A stretch of DNA of 64,000 nt. It comes from Dehalococcoidia bacterium (GTDB lineage Bacteria > Chloroflexota > Dehalococcoidia > Lucifugimonadales > CAZENU01). This document shows, piece by piece, positions 46,401 through 58,400 of the stretch (the first letter of the stretch is position 1; every line of letters begins with the position of its first letter). The notes beneath the pieces are model-generated. The model searched no databases. It saw only the letters and a program-made list of their open reading frames with translations, and was not told the DNA's origin. The stretch spans positions 408,435-472,434 of the forward strand of contig CBDCTC010000006.1 in NCBI GenBank assembly GCA_965222125.1, written 5' to 3'. The position numbers were made by a program, and so were the translations under genes.

Positions 46401-49400
46401 CGTTGGCCCCCCCGTTCTCCGCCACCTCCCTCGTGGCGGTGGTTCCTGGGAACGTTGGCGCCTCGTTCACGTTCGTGACGTTGATGGTAACGGTGATGGT
46501 GTCCGTCAGGTTGCCGTCGTCCGTGGCGGTGACGACCACCGTAAAGGTGTTCTTCACGGCCTCGAAGTTCAGCGAGGCGTCAGCCGTGATCTGCCCGGTG
46601 CTGGAGCTGATGGTGAAGCTGCCCGAATCCGCGCCGCTCAACGCGTAGGCGCGCGTGTCTCCGGAGTCCACGTCCGTGGCCGTTACGGGAAGGCCCACGT
46701 TGGCGTTGGCCCCCCCGTTCTCCGCCACCTCCCTCGTGGCGGTGGTTCCTGGGAACGTTGGCGCCTCGTTCACGTTCGTGACGTTGATGGTAACGGTGAT
46801 GGTGTCCGTCAGGTTGCCGTCGTCCGTGGCGGTGACGACCACCGTAAAGGTGTTCTTCACGGCCTCGAAGTTCAGCGAGGCGTCAGCCGTGATCTGCCCG
46901 GTGCTGGAGCTGATGGTGAAGCTGCCCGAATCCGCGCCGCTCAACGCGTAGGCGCGCGTGTCTCCGGAGTCCACGTCCGTGGCCGTTACGGGAAGGCCCA
47001 CGTTGGCGTTGGCCCCCCCGTTCTCCGCCACCTCCCTCGTGGCGGTGGTTCCTGGGAACGTTGGCGCCTCGTTCACGTTCGTGACGTTGATGGTAACGGT
47101 GATGGTGTCCGTCAGGTTGCCGTCGTCCGTGGCGGTGACGACCACCGTAAAGGTGTTCTTCACGGCCTCGAAGTTCAGCGAGGCGTCAGCCGTGATCTGC
47201 CCGGTGCTGGAGCTGATGGTGAAGCTGCCCGAATCCGCGCCGCTCAACGCGTAGGCGCGCGTGTCTCCGGAGTCCACGTCCGTGGCCGTTACGGGAAGGC
47301 CCACGTTGGCGTTGGCCCCCCCGTTCTCCGCCACCTCCCTCGTGGCGGTGGTTCCTGGGAACGTTGGCGCCTCGTTCACGTTCGTGACGTTGATGGTAAC
47401 GGTGATGGTGTCCGTCAGGTTGCCGTCGTCCGTGGCGGTGACGACCACCGTAAAGGTGTTCTTCACGGCCTCGAAGTTCAGCGAGGCGTCAGCCGTGATC
47501 TGCCCGGTGCTGGAGCTGATGGTGAAGCTGCCCGAATCCGCGCCGCTCAACGCGTAGGCGCGCGTGTCTCCGGAGTCCACGTCCGTGGCCGTTACGGGAA
47601 GGCCCACGTTGGCGTTGGCCCCCCCGTTCTCCGCCACCTCCCTCGTGGCGGTGGTTCCTGGGAACGTTGGCGCCTCGTTCACGTTCGTGACGTTGATCGT
47701 AACGGTGATGGTGTCCGTCAGGTTGCCGTCGTCCGTGGCGGTGACGACCACCGTAAAGGTGTTCTTCACGGCCTCGAAGTTCAGCGAGGCGTCAGCCGTG
47801 ATCTGCCCGGTGCTGGAGCTGATGGTGAAGCTGCCCGAATCCGCGCCGCTCAACGCGTAGGCGCGCGTGTCTCCGGAGTCCACGTCCGTGGCCGTTACGG
47901 GAAGGCCCACGTTGGCGTTGGCCCCCCCGTTCTCCGCCACCTCCCTCGTGGCGGTGGTTCCTGGGAACGTTGGCGCCTCGTTCACGTTCGTGACGTTGAT
48001 CGTAACGGTGATGGTGTCCGTCAGGTTGCCGTCGTCCGTGGCGGTGACGACCACCGTAAAGGTGTTCTTCACGGCCTCGAAGTTCAGCGAGGCGTCAGCC
48101 ATGATCTGCCCGGTGCTGGAGCTGATGGTGAAGCTGCCCGAATCCGCGCCGCTCAACGCGTAGGCGCGCGTGTCTCCGGAGTCCACGTCCGTGGCCGTTA
48201 CGGGAAGGCCCACGTTGGCGTTGGCCCCCCCGTTCTCCGCCACCTCCCTCGTGGCGGTGGTTCCTGGGAACGTTGGCGCCTCGTTCACGTTCGTGACGTT
48301 GATCGTAACGGTGATGGTGTCCGTCAGGTTGCCGTCGTCCGTGGCGGTGACGACCACCGTAAAGGTGTTCTTCACGGCCTCGAAGTTCAGCGAGGCGTCA
48401 GCCGTGATCTGCCCGGTGCTGGAGCTGATGGTGAAGCTGCCCGAATCCGCGCCGCTCAACGCGTAGGCGCGCGTGTCTCCGGAGTCCACGTCCGTGGCCG
48501 TTACGGGAAGGCCCACGTTGGCGTTGGCCCCCCCGTTCTCCGCCACCTCCCTCGTGGCGGTGGTTCCTGGGAACGTTGGCGCCTCGTTCACGTTCGTGAC
48601 GTTGATCGTAACGGTGATGGTGTCCGTCAGGTTGCCGTCGTCCGTGGCGGTGACGACCACCGTAAAGGTGTTCTTCACGGCCTCGAAGTTCAGCGAGGCG
48701 TCAGCCGTGATCTGCCCGGTGCTGGAGCTGATGGTGAAGCTGCCCGAATCCGCGCCGCTCAACGCGTAGGCGCGCGTGTCTCCGGAGTCCACGTCCGTGG
48801 CCGTTACGGGAAGGCCCACGTTGGCGTTGGCCCCCCCGTTCTCCGCCACCTCCCTCGTGGCGGTGGTTCCTGGGAACTCCGGCGCCTCGTTCACGTTCGT
48901 GACGTTGATCGTCACCGCTACCGTGGCGTCCCAGGCCGTGTCCGCCGTGCCCGCGTCGTCCAAGCTGTCCCGCACCTGAATGCTGACCGTGTAGCTGTCT
49001 TTCGCCTCGAAGTTCGGGGCAGCCTTGAAGGTGAGCGCCCTCGTGGTGGTGTTGAAGGTGAAGAGGGCGTGGTCGCCGGTAGTGGTGAGCATCCGGTAGG
49101 TCAGCGTGGGGTTTGCGTCCGGGTCCACGGCCGCTGTAACGGTCCCCGCGGCGGTCTGGTTCTCGTTCGGGGTCATCGTCTGGGTCTTGGGGCTGAACTC
49201 CGGCGCCTCGTTCACGTTCTGAAGGTTGATCGTCACCGTTATGGTGCTGTCCCACGTATTGTCCCCAGTGCCCTGGGCGTTCTTGGTGTCCCGCACCCGG
49301 ATCTTGACCGTGTAGGTCGTCTTTGGCGGAGTCGCCTCGAAGTTCGGGGCAGCCTTGAAGGCGAGTGCCCTCGTGCCTGCGTTGAAGTTGAACAGGGCGT

Positions 49401-52400
49401 GGTCGCCGTCGCCTGCGCCCGTCATCATCTGGTAGGTCAGCGCGTCGCCCTCCGGGTCCACCGCAGCGGTGACGGTCCCCGCCGCCGTCTGTTCCTCGTC
49501 CGGGATCATCGTCTGGGCGATGGTGGGCGCCGCCGGCACCAGGGTGCCGGTCGAGTCCGTGTAGGCGACTGACATGAACACCGGCGGCCTGTTGGTCACC
49601 AGGGCCGGCGCCGAGCGGCCCTGCCGCCCGAACTCGTAAGCGCTGGGCGTGCCGTCCCTGTCCCACTCCGCCTTCAGCGCCGGGTACTGGCTCGCCGTGC
49701 CGAAGTCCCACGGGTCGTCGTCGGTGTTGGAATCCCCGTCCATGTCAATATTCCAGTTGGCGTATATGCCCGCATAGCCGTCGGCCTGCGTGGGCGACTG
49801 CAACGCGGAGGTGGTCTTGCCCACGCCGCCGGCGCTGGTCCCCTGCCCGCTGGTCGTAGTGTCCCAGTAGCTGTCGGTGACCGTCGGGCTGCTCCGCTGC
49901 CGCCCGACCAGCCCGCCCACGCGGGTGGAGCCTTGCACCTGGCCCCGGGCGTAGCTGGCCGTCACCGTTCCTCCATCGAGTTCGCCCACCAGCCCGCCGA
50001 CGTTCGTGCCGCCGCCGGCAACGTCACCGGCGGCGTAGCTGGCTTCAATTTTTCCTCCGACGAAGCCCGCCAGCCCGCCGAGGTTGACGCCGGAGCCGGA
50101 GACGTCGGCCGTTGTGTAGCTGCGGCGGACCTCGCCGCTGGAGGATACACGGCCCACCAGCCCGCCGACGTTCGTGCCGCCGCCGGTGACGCTGCCCGTG
50201 GAGTAGCTACTTTCCACCGTGCCGTCAACCAAGCCAGCCAGCGAACCCACGGCCGTCTTCCCGGTAACGGTGGCGTTGACCAGGCCCAGGTTGCGGATGA
50301 CGCCTCCCGAGCCAATCGCCCCGAACAGGCCCACGCGAGAGATGTTCGGCCGGTTGATCAACATGTTGGACATGGTGTACCCGCCGCCATCGAAGGTGCC
50401 GACGTAGGGGTGCCCGTCGCTCCCCAGGGGAATCCAGCCTTTGCCGCCGAACCAGGAGGTGTCGGCGGAGGTAACGGTACCGTCGTTTCCGTGGGTGTCG
50501 AAGTCCAGGTTCCTTATGAGCTCGTAGCCGGTGCACGTCGGCTGGTCGGGCGTACCGGCGTTGCTGTCATGGTCGGCGTCGGGGCAGCCCATACCCACTG
50601 GCGAGTTGGGGAAGGCGCGGGCATAGAGGGGCTGGCCGGAGCGGCCGTTACCGTCCAGGTCATAGCGGATGGCGTTCAGCTGGACAATGAAGGAAACCTC
50701 GATGAGCCCGTCGCCGTCGGCGTCGTAGTCCTTGTTTACGTTGATGGTCACCGTGATACTGGCGGACGTTCCGCTGCTGTAGGTGGCGGTTACCACGACG
50801 GAATAGGAAGCTTTGACCGCGCGGTTCAGGGCGCCCTGGGTCTTCAGCTGACCGCTGCCAGCGTCCATGTCGAAATGGCCGGCGTCTGTGCCGCTCAAGG
50901 CGTAGGTCAGCGTGGCCCCGGCTGCTGGGGCCTGCGCGACCGGGGAGCCGGGGATGTCCTGGTTCGCGGGAGCGCCCTCGGTCACGGTAAGCGTCTTGCG
51001 GGTTCCGTCGACAAAGATATCGGAGCGGTACTGGCCCCCGAACTCGTAGGCCGTGCCGCCCCCGTACGCCGCCGCCTTCAGCGCCGGGTACTGCTGGGTC
51101 GTGCCGAAGTGCCACGGATCGTCGCCGCCCGCCTGGCCGTCCAGGTTCAGATTCCAGCTGGAGTAGATGCCGGCGTAGCCGTCGGCCTGCGTGGGCGACT
51201 GCAACGCGGAGGTGGTCTTGCCCACGCCGCCGGCGCTGGTCCTCTGCCCGCTGGTCTGCGTGTCCCAGTAGCTGTCGGTAACCGTGAGCAGGCCTTGGTT
51301 CTTCAAGCCAATCAGTCCTCCCACGCGGCTGTTGCCGGACACCGCGCCGGCGGCGTAGCTGGCTGTCACGTGGTTCATGAACGAGCTGGCGAGCATCATT
51401 TGGCCGATCAGCCCGCCTACATGGCCGTCGCCGGATACCGCGCCTGTGGCGTAGCTGGCCCGGATCCTGTTGGGCCGAGCAGCTCTATAGTCAAGGACCT
51501 CCCCAATCAGCCCGCCGGCGATATTGCCGGTGGCGGTGACGGTGACGGTGGCGTAGCTCTTCTCCATGGTGGAGGCGACAAAGGAGCCGATCAGCCCGCC
51601 TACAGCGTAGTCGCCCGATACGGCGCCCGTGGCGTAGACTGCCTTCACCGTAGCGCTTTCGGTGTGGCCGGCCAACGCGCCAATATGAATTGCGCCGGTT
51701 ACGTTCACGTTCTCCAGTCCCAAGTTCTCGACCGAGCTGTTCCTTCCAAGGGAGCCAAACAGCCCATTCTCATCGTCCTGGGGACGGCTGATGAACAGGT
51801 GGGAGATGGTGTGGCCGTTGCCTTCGAAGGCCCCAGTGTACCGCTCCCCGTCCGCGTCCCTGCCGATGGGCGCCCAGCCGTCGCCGCCGCTCCAGTAGGT
51901 GCGGTCGTCGACCTCGGTCATCTGGCCGTCGCCGTTCTCGTCGAAGTCCAGGTCCGCCGTCAGCTCGTAGCCGCGGCAAACCGCGTTGGGGCAGCCCATC
52001 CCCTCCGCCGGCGTGGTGAAGACGGCCAGGTAGCCCACGTTGGCGCTCACCCCGTCCCCGGCCAGGTCCCAGCGCATCGCGTCCAGCTGGGCCAGGCTGT
52101 CCACTTCGATCAGCCCGTCGTCGTCCGAGTCATAGTCCACCGAGTCCGTCGCTCCCTCGCTCACGTCGTCGACCGAGATGGTCACGTCGATGCTGGCCGT
52201 CATGCCCGCGCTGTCCGTAGCGACGACCCGCACCTGTAGCGCGGTCCTGGTCTCGTGGTCCAGCACGATCTTGGTCGAGATCTGGCCCGTGGAGTGATGT
52301 ATGACGAAATACGCGGCGTCGGCGCCCGCCAGCGAGTAGATGAGCCAGTCTCCCGCGTCGGCGTCCGTGGCCGTGGGCGAGCCGCTGATGGCGACGTCCG

Positions 52401-55400
52401 GGCGGGTGTTCTCCGGCACGGTCACCGTCTTGCTGGGGCCGTCCGCGAAGGTCGGGGGGGTGGTGAACGCCACCCGCGATTGGCTCCCGAACTCGGCCGC
52501 CGTCGCGCTGCCGCTCTCGTCCGTGTCGAACTTCAGCGCCGGGTACTCGTTGGCTGTGCCGAAGTCCCACTTGGCGGCGTCCCAGGTGGCGTAGATGTTC
52601 TGGACGCCGACGGTGGCGCCGTCCATATCGGTGGTCGTGTCCACCGGCGCCTGCAGCTCCGCGGTGGTCTTGCCCGTTGAGAGGGCCGCGACACTCGAGT
52701 CCTCGTCCGCTATGGCATGGCCCGAGGTCTCGGTGTCCCAGTAGTTGCCCGTACCGATTCCGAGGCGGGCGCCAAAGAATACTTTGGCTATGATGCCGCC
52801 GGTTAGGCCTGCGCTCGAAACACGGCCCCGGGCGTAGCTGCGCAAGATCTCCCAATTGCAATTGCCGAGACCGGAGCCGACCAGGCCGCCCGCGTACATG
52901 CGGTCGGCGGTCACCGTGACGTTGGCGTAGCTGTCCAGAATGGCGGCGTCGCTGGTGGCCATGTAGCCTGCCAAACCGCCGGCGGAGGTCCCACGCGGCG
53001 GGCCGGTGGCGGAGCGCGCGGCCCTCACGTACCCGGTGGCGTACACCATCTCCAGCGTGCCGTCGAGGCTGCCCACGAACGCCCCTACATACTCTCCGCC
53101 CGTCACGGACACCCGCTCCAAGCCCAGATTGCGAACGACGGCGCCGTCGCGCAAGGTTCTCCACAGCCCCACGTCCGTTTCCGCCGGGCGGTTGATGTAC
53201 AGGTTGGAGATCCGGTGCCCCTTGCCGTCGAACGTGGCAGTGAACCGTTTGCCCGTGGCGTCGACGCCCAGCGGATCCCAGCCCAACCCCTCGTTCCAGG
53301 CGCCGTCTGCGGGGGTGATGACACCGTCGCCGTCCTCGTCGAAGTCCAGGTCCGCCGTCAGCTCGTAGCCCGTGCACGTCGGCTGGTCAGGCGTGGCCGC
53401 GTCGCTGTCGTGGTCGGTGAGGACGCAGCCCATGCCCGCTGCGGGGTTGGGGAAGGCCAGCGCGTAGTCGTCGGCGTTGGCCGCGATGGGGTCGCCGTCT
53501 CCGTCCGGGTCCCACCGGATGGCGTTCAGCTGCTTCAGGCTGCTGACCTCGATCAGGCCATCGTCGTTGCCGTCGTAGTCCACGCCGGTCGACTGCGCCA
53601 ACGGCACGCCGGTGACGGCCGCCGTCCAGGGGCTGGAGCCCTCGTTGTTCTTGGCCAGCGCCTGCACCTGGTAGGTCGACCCGGCGGTGAGGCCGGTTAT
53701 CGTGGCGGTGGTCCCGGTCCCGACGTGGTCGAAAGCCAACCAGGCGCCCCACACAACGGGGTCGCCGGCGGCGCTGGTGCGCAGGCTGTGCTGCACGTCG
53801 TAGTCCGAGAGGGGCGGCTTGGCGGCCGGCATCACCGGCGCCGTCCAGGTCACCCGCAGTCCTTCGACCACCGGGAAGACCTGGAGGTTGGTGGGGGCCG
53901 TTGGCGGCTCGAGCGTGTCGTCAACGGTGACCGTGAGCGCCAGGGTGATGTCCACCGTGGCGTCGTTGGCGCCGGCGGCGTTCTTGCCGTCATGCACGGT
54001 AACGCTGACGCTGTAGCGCGGCTTCGTCTCGTGGTTCGCCGCGTCATTCAGGGTCAGTACTCCTGCGCCGGAGATGGCGAAGGCGGCTGCATCCGTGCCG
54101 GTCACCGCGTAGGTCAGCGTGTCGCTGTCCGGGTCGGTGGCGGCATAGGTTCCCACCGCCGTTGCGCCCTCCGCCACGTTGGGCGTCGCGTCGGCCCCGG
54201 CGTCGAAGACCGGCGGGGCGTTGGCCGGCGGCTGCACCGGCGCCCCCGGCGCGGAGCGGCCCTGCCTGCCGAACTCGTAGGCGGTGGCCGTGCTGTCCTT
54301 GTCGGTGTCATACTTCAGCGCCGGGTACTGGCTGGACGTGCCGAAGTCCCAGGTGGCCGCTGCCCAGGTCGAGTAGATGCCCGTGGCGCTGGTGGGCGAT
54401 TGCAGCCCCGCCGTGTTCTGGCTGACGGCCCCGGCGCCCCCGGCGCTGGCGGCCTGAGCGCTGGTTGTGGCGTCCCAGTAGCCGGCGGTCACCGTGGCGT
54501 CCGCAGTAGCCTCCCCCACCAGTCCGCCCTTGGTCCTGGCGGCCGAGTTTCCGCCGCTGACCAGCATAGCCACCGCGGATACGGCCCCCACGGCGTAGCT
54601 GTTGGTGATCCTGGCCGTGCTGTTCCGGTTGAACCCCACCAGTCCGCCCACCGCTCTGTTGCCGTTGACCGTCACGCTGGAGTAGCTGTTGGTTACAACG
54701 CCTCTGTTGTCTCCCACCAGCCCGCCCACGTTCTCGAATCCCGTAACTGCGCCGGTGGAGTAGGAGCCCTCCACCGCGCCGCGGTTGCTCCCCAACAATC
54801 CCCCTATGGAGTTGAACGTGGGCGACCCTGTGCGGTCGATGTCCACGTCCAACACGGCCACGTTGCGAAGGACCCCGGGACTATTGATGCTGCCGAACAG
54901 CCCCTGGTCGCCAATAGCGGCCCGTATCCTCATATTGGAGATGGTGTGGCCGCCGCCGTCGAAGGTGGCGGTGAACGGGGTGGCCCAGGCGCCGATGGCC
55001 GTCCACGAGGGGTAGTCGTCGCTGCTGTCCACGTCGCCGTCGTCGTCGGTGTCGAAGTCTAGGTCGTCCGTCAGCTCGTAGCCGGTGCAGGCGTTGCCGG
55101 CGCAGCCCATGCTGGCCGCCGCGTTGGGGAAGGCGTGGTCAAAGGAGGCCTGGTTGGCAGCGGTCACCGCGCCGTTGCCGTCCAGGTCGTAGCGAATGGC
55201 GTTCAGCTGCGCCAGGCTGTCCACCTCGATAAGCCCGTCGTCGTCCGTGTCGTAGTCCGTCGGCGGCGGCGGGGCCGCGCGCGCCTGGCTGCCGAACTCC
55301 TGCCAGGTCGCCCCGCCGATGCCATTGGTGTCGTACTTCAGGGCCGGGTACTGGCTGGCCGTGCCGAAGTCCCAGGTGGCCGCTGCCCAGGTCAAGTAGA

Positions 55401-58400
55401 TGCCCGTGGCGCCGGTGGGCGATTGCAGTCCCGCCGTGGTCTGGCCCACGGCGCCGGCGCCCCCGGCGCTGGCGGACTGCCTGCTGGCCTCGGTGTCCCA
55501 GTAGCCGGCCGTGACCGTGGCGCCCCCGTCGTTCTTGCCCACCAGACCGCCAACATCCGCGATGGGATTTTGACGTGAACCGCCTCCTGGGGGCGTTCCG
55601 GTTAGTCCATGGGTGGCTACCTTGCCCATGGCGTAGCTGTTGGTGATGGTCCCCGATGCGTTCTCGTTCCATCCCACCAGGCCGCCGACCTGGGTGTTGC
55701 CGGTGACCGCCATGCGGGAGTAGCTGTCGCTGATCGCCCCCCGGTTGTGGCCCACCAAGCCTCCTGTCTTCGAGAAGGCCCAGATGCTGCCCCCGCTGAC
55801 GAAGACGCGCTGGATAGCGCCCCGGTTGCTCCCCGCCACCGCAGCGGCGGAGTCGAGCGTCAATGCCCCGGTGCGGTCGATGCTGGGGTTCACCATGCCC
55901 AGGTTGCGGATGACCGAGGACGTGTCCGTGCTGCCGAACAGGCCCACGTCTCCCCCGCCGATTCTGATGTACAGATTGGAGATGGTGTGGCCTCTGCCGT
56001 CAAAGGTGGCGTTGAAGGGGTTGGCCCAATCGCCGATGGGCGCCCAGCCGGCGCCGCTGTTCCACCAGGCGGCGTCCGCGGAGGTGATAGCGTTGTCGTT
56101 GTTCTGGTCGAAGTTCAGGTCGTCCGTCAGCTCGTAGCCGGCGCAGGCGGAGTTGAGGCAGCCCATGCTGCCCTGCGCGTTGGGAAAGGCGGTATCGTAA
56201 CTGGCCTTGTCGGCGGGGGTCACCCCGCCGTCGCCGTTCAGGTCGTAGCGGATGGCGTTCAGCTTCGCCAGGCTGTCCACCTCGATCAGGCCGTCGTCGT
56301 CCGTGTCGTAGTCCACCGGCGCTATGCGCACCTGGCCGCCGAACTCCTGCCAGGTCGCCCCGCCGACGCCGTCGGTGTCGTACTTCAGCGCCGGGTACTC
56401 GCTGGTCGTCCCGAAGTCCCACTTGACGGTACCCCATGCCGAGTAGATGCCCGTCGCGCCGGTGGGCGATTGCAGTCCCGCCGTGGTCTGAGCGGCGCCG
56501 GCGGCGCTGGCGGCCTGCCCGCTGGCCTCGGTGTCCCAGTAGCTGGCCGTCACCGCGGCGCCGCTGGAATTCTGGCCCACCAGACCGCCAAAGTCCGCGG
56601 CGGCATTTGTCCCTGAAACGCCGCCGCGCGTTCCGGCCTCTCCGTGGGTGGCCACTCCCCCGGCGGCGTAGCTGTTGGTGATGATTCCCGAAGCGGTCTC
56701 GTTCCACCCCACCAGGCCGCCGACCTGGGTGTTGCCGGTGACCGTCATGCGGGAGTAGCTATTGCTGACCGTTCCCCGGTTGTGGCCCGCCACACCGCCT
56801 ATCTTCGCGTAGGCCCAGATGCTGCCGCCCGTGACGAAGACGCGGTCGATCGTCCCACGGTTGCTCCCCGCCACCGCAGCGGCGGAGTCGAGCGCCAATG
56901 ACCCTGTGCGGTCGATGCTCGGGCTCACCATGCCCAGGTTGCGGATGACCGAGGCCGTGTCGGTGCTGCCGAACAGGCCGACGTCTCCCCCGCCTACTCT
57001 GATGTACATGTGGGAGACGGTGTGGCCGCCGCCGTCAAAGGTGGCGTTGAAGGGGGCGGCCCAGTTGCCGATTGGCGCCCAGCCGGCGCCGCTGTTCCAC
57101 CAAGCGGCGTCCGCGGAGGTAATAGCGTTGTCGTTATTCTGGTCGAAGTCCAAGTCCGCCGTCAGCTCGTAGCCGGTGCAGTTGGGCGTCGCGGCATCGC
57201 CGTCGGTGTCGGGACAGCCCATGCCCGCCTCCGGGTAGGGGAAGACGGCGGCGTAGTTGCTGGCGCTGGCCGAAGCCGGGGCGCCGTCGCCGTCCAGGTC
57301 CCAGCGGATGGCGTTCAGCTTCGTCAGGCTGCCCACTTCGATCAGGCCGTCGTCGTCGAGGTCGTAGTCGACCGCCGCCGCAGGCACGCCGTTGACGGCC
57401 GCCGTCCATGCGCTTTCGCCCTCGTTGTTCTTGGCCATCACCTGCACCTGGTAGGTCGACCCGGCGACGAGGCCGGTTATCGTGGCGGTGGTCCCGGTCC
57501 CGACGTGGTTGAAAGCCACCCAGGCGCCCCACGTAGCGGGGTCGCCGGCGGCGCTGGTGCGCAGGCTGTGCTGCACGTCGTAGTCATCGAGGGCCGGCTT
57601 GGTAGATGGCATCACCGGCGCCGTCCAGGTGACCGTCAGCCCGTTGGCCGCAGGAACGACCCCCAAGCTGGTGGGAACCGTTGGCGGCTCGAGCGTGTCG
57701 TCAACGGTGACCGAGATCGCCAACGTGAGGTCCACCGTGGTGTCGGCGCCGCCGGCGGCGTTCTTGCCGTCGTGCACGGTAACGTTGACGCTGTAGCTCT
57801 CCTTCGTCTCGTGGTTCGACGCGCTAGCGAGGGTCAGCGCCCCGGCGCCGGAGATGGCGAAATCGGATGCGTCCGTGCCGGTCACCGCGTAGGTCAGCTG
57901 GTCGCCCTCCGGGTCGGTGGCGGCATAGGTCCCCACCGCCGTTACGCCCTCCGCAATGTTGGGCGACGCGTTGTACCCGGCGTTGAAGGTCGGCGGGGCG
58001 TTGGCCGGCGGCCCCACCCCCGGCGCCGAGCGGCCCTGCCGCCCGAACTCGTAGGCCGTGGGTGTACCGTCGCCGTCCCACTCCACCTTCAGGGCCGGGT
58101 ACTCGCTGGCCGTCCCGAAGTCCCATGGGTCGTCGGTCTCGGTCGTGGTGTCGTCATCGACATCGGCGTTGTCCACGTCGATGTCCCAGTCGGCGTAGAT
58201 GCCCGCATAGCCGTCGGTCTGCGCGGGCGACTGCAACTGGAGGGTGGTCTTGCCGACGCCGGTGGTGGCGTCGCTGTCGTCGGCAATGCCGCTGCTGGTG
58301 ACGTCCCAGTAGCTGTTGGTGATTGTGCCCTTGTTGAGTTCGCCTATCAGCCCGCCTTTATCGCTACCGGCCCCGGTTACCGCGCCGGTGGCGTAGCTGG

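Noticed and set aside
45873-48905. Diversity-generating retroelement (template/variable repeat) as the explanation for near-identical repeats
   Set aside because: There is no reverse transcriptase in the window and no adenine-specific mismatch pattern. The copies are essentially identical rather than hypervariable.
41125-49572. Very long plus-strand ORFs (1190 aa and 1522 aa, plus dozens of 60-280-aa ORFs recurring every 303 or 945 nt) opposite the giant genes
   Set aside because: They are antisense shadows of high-G+C coding sequence. They are R/G/V/H/A-rich, have no motifs, and their periodicity simply mirrors the sense-strand repeats. The minus-strand frames carry coherent signal peptide, cadherin, FN3 and GLUG text.
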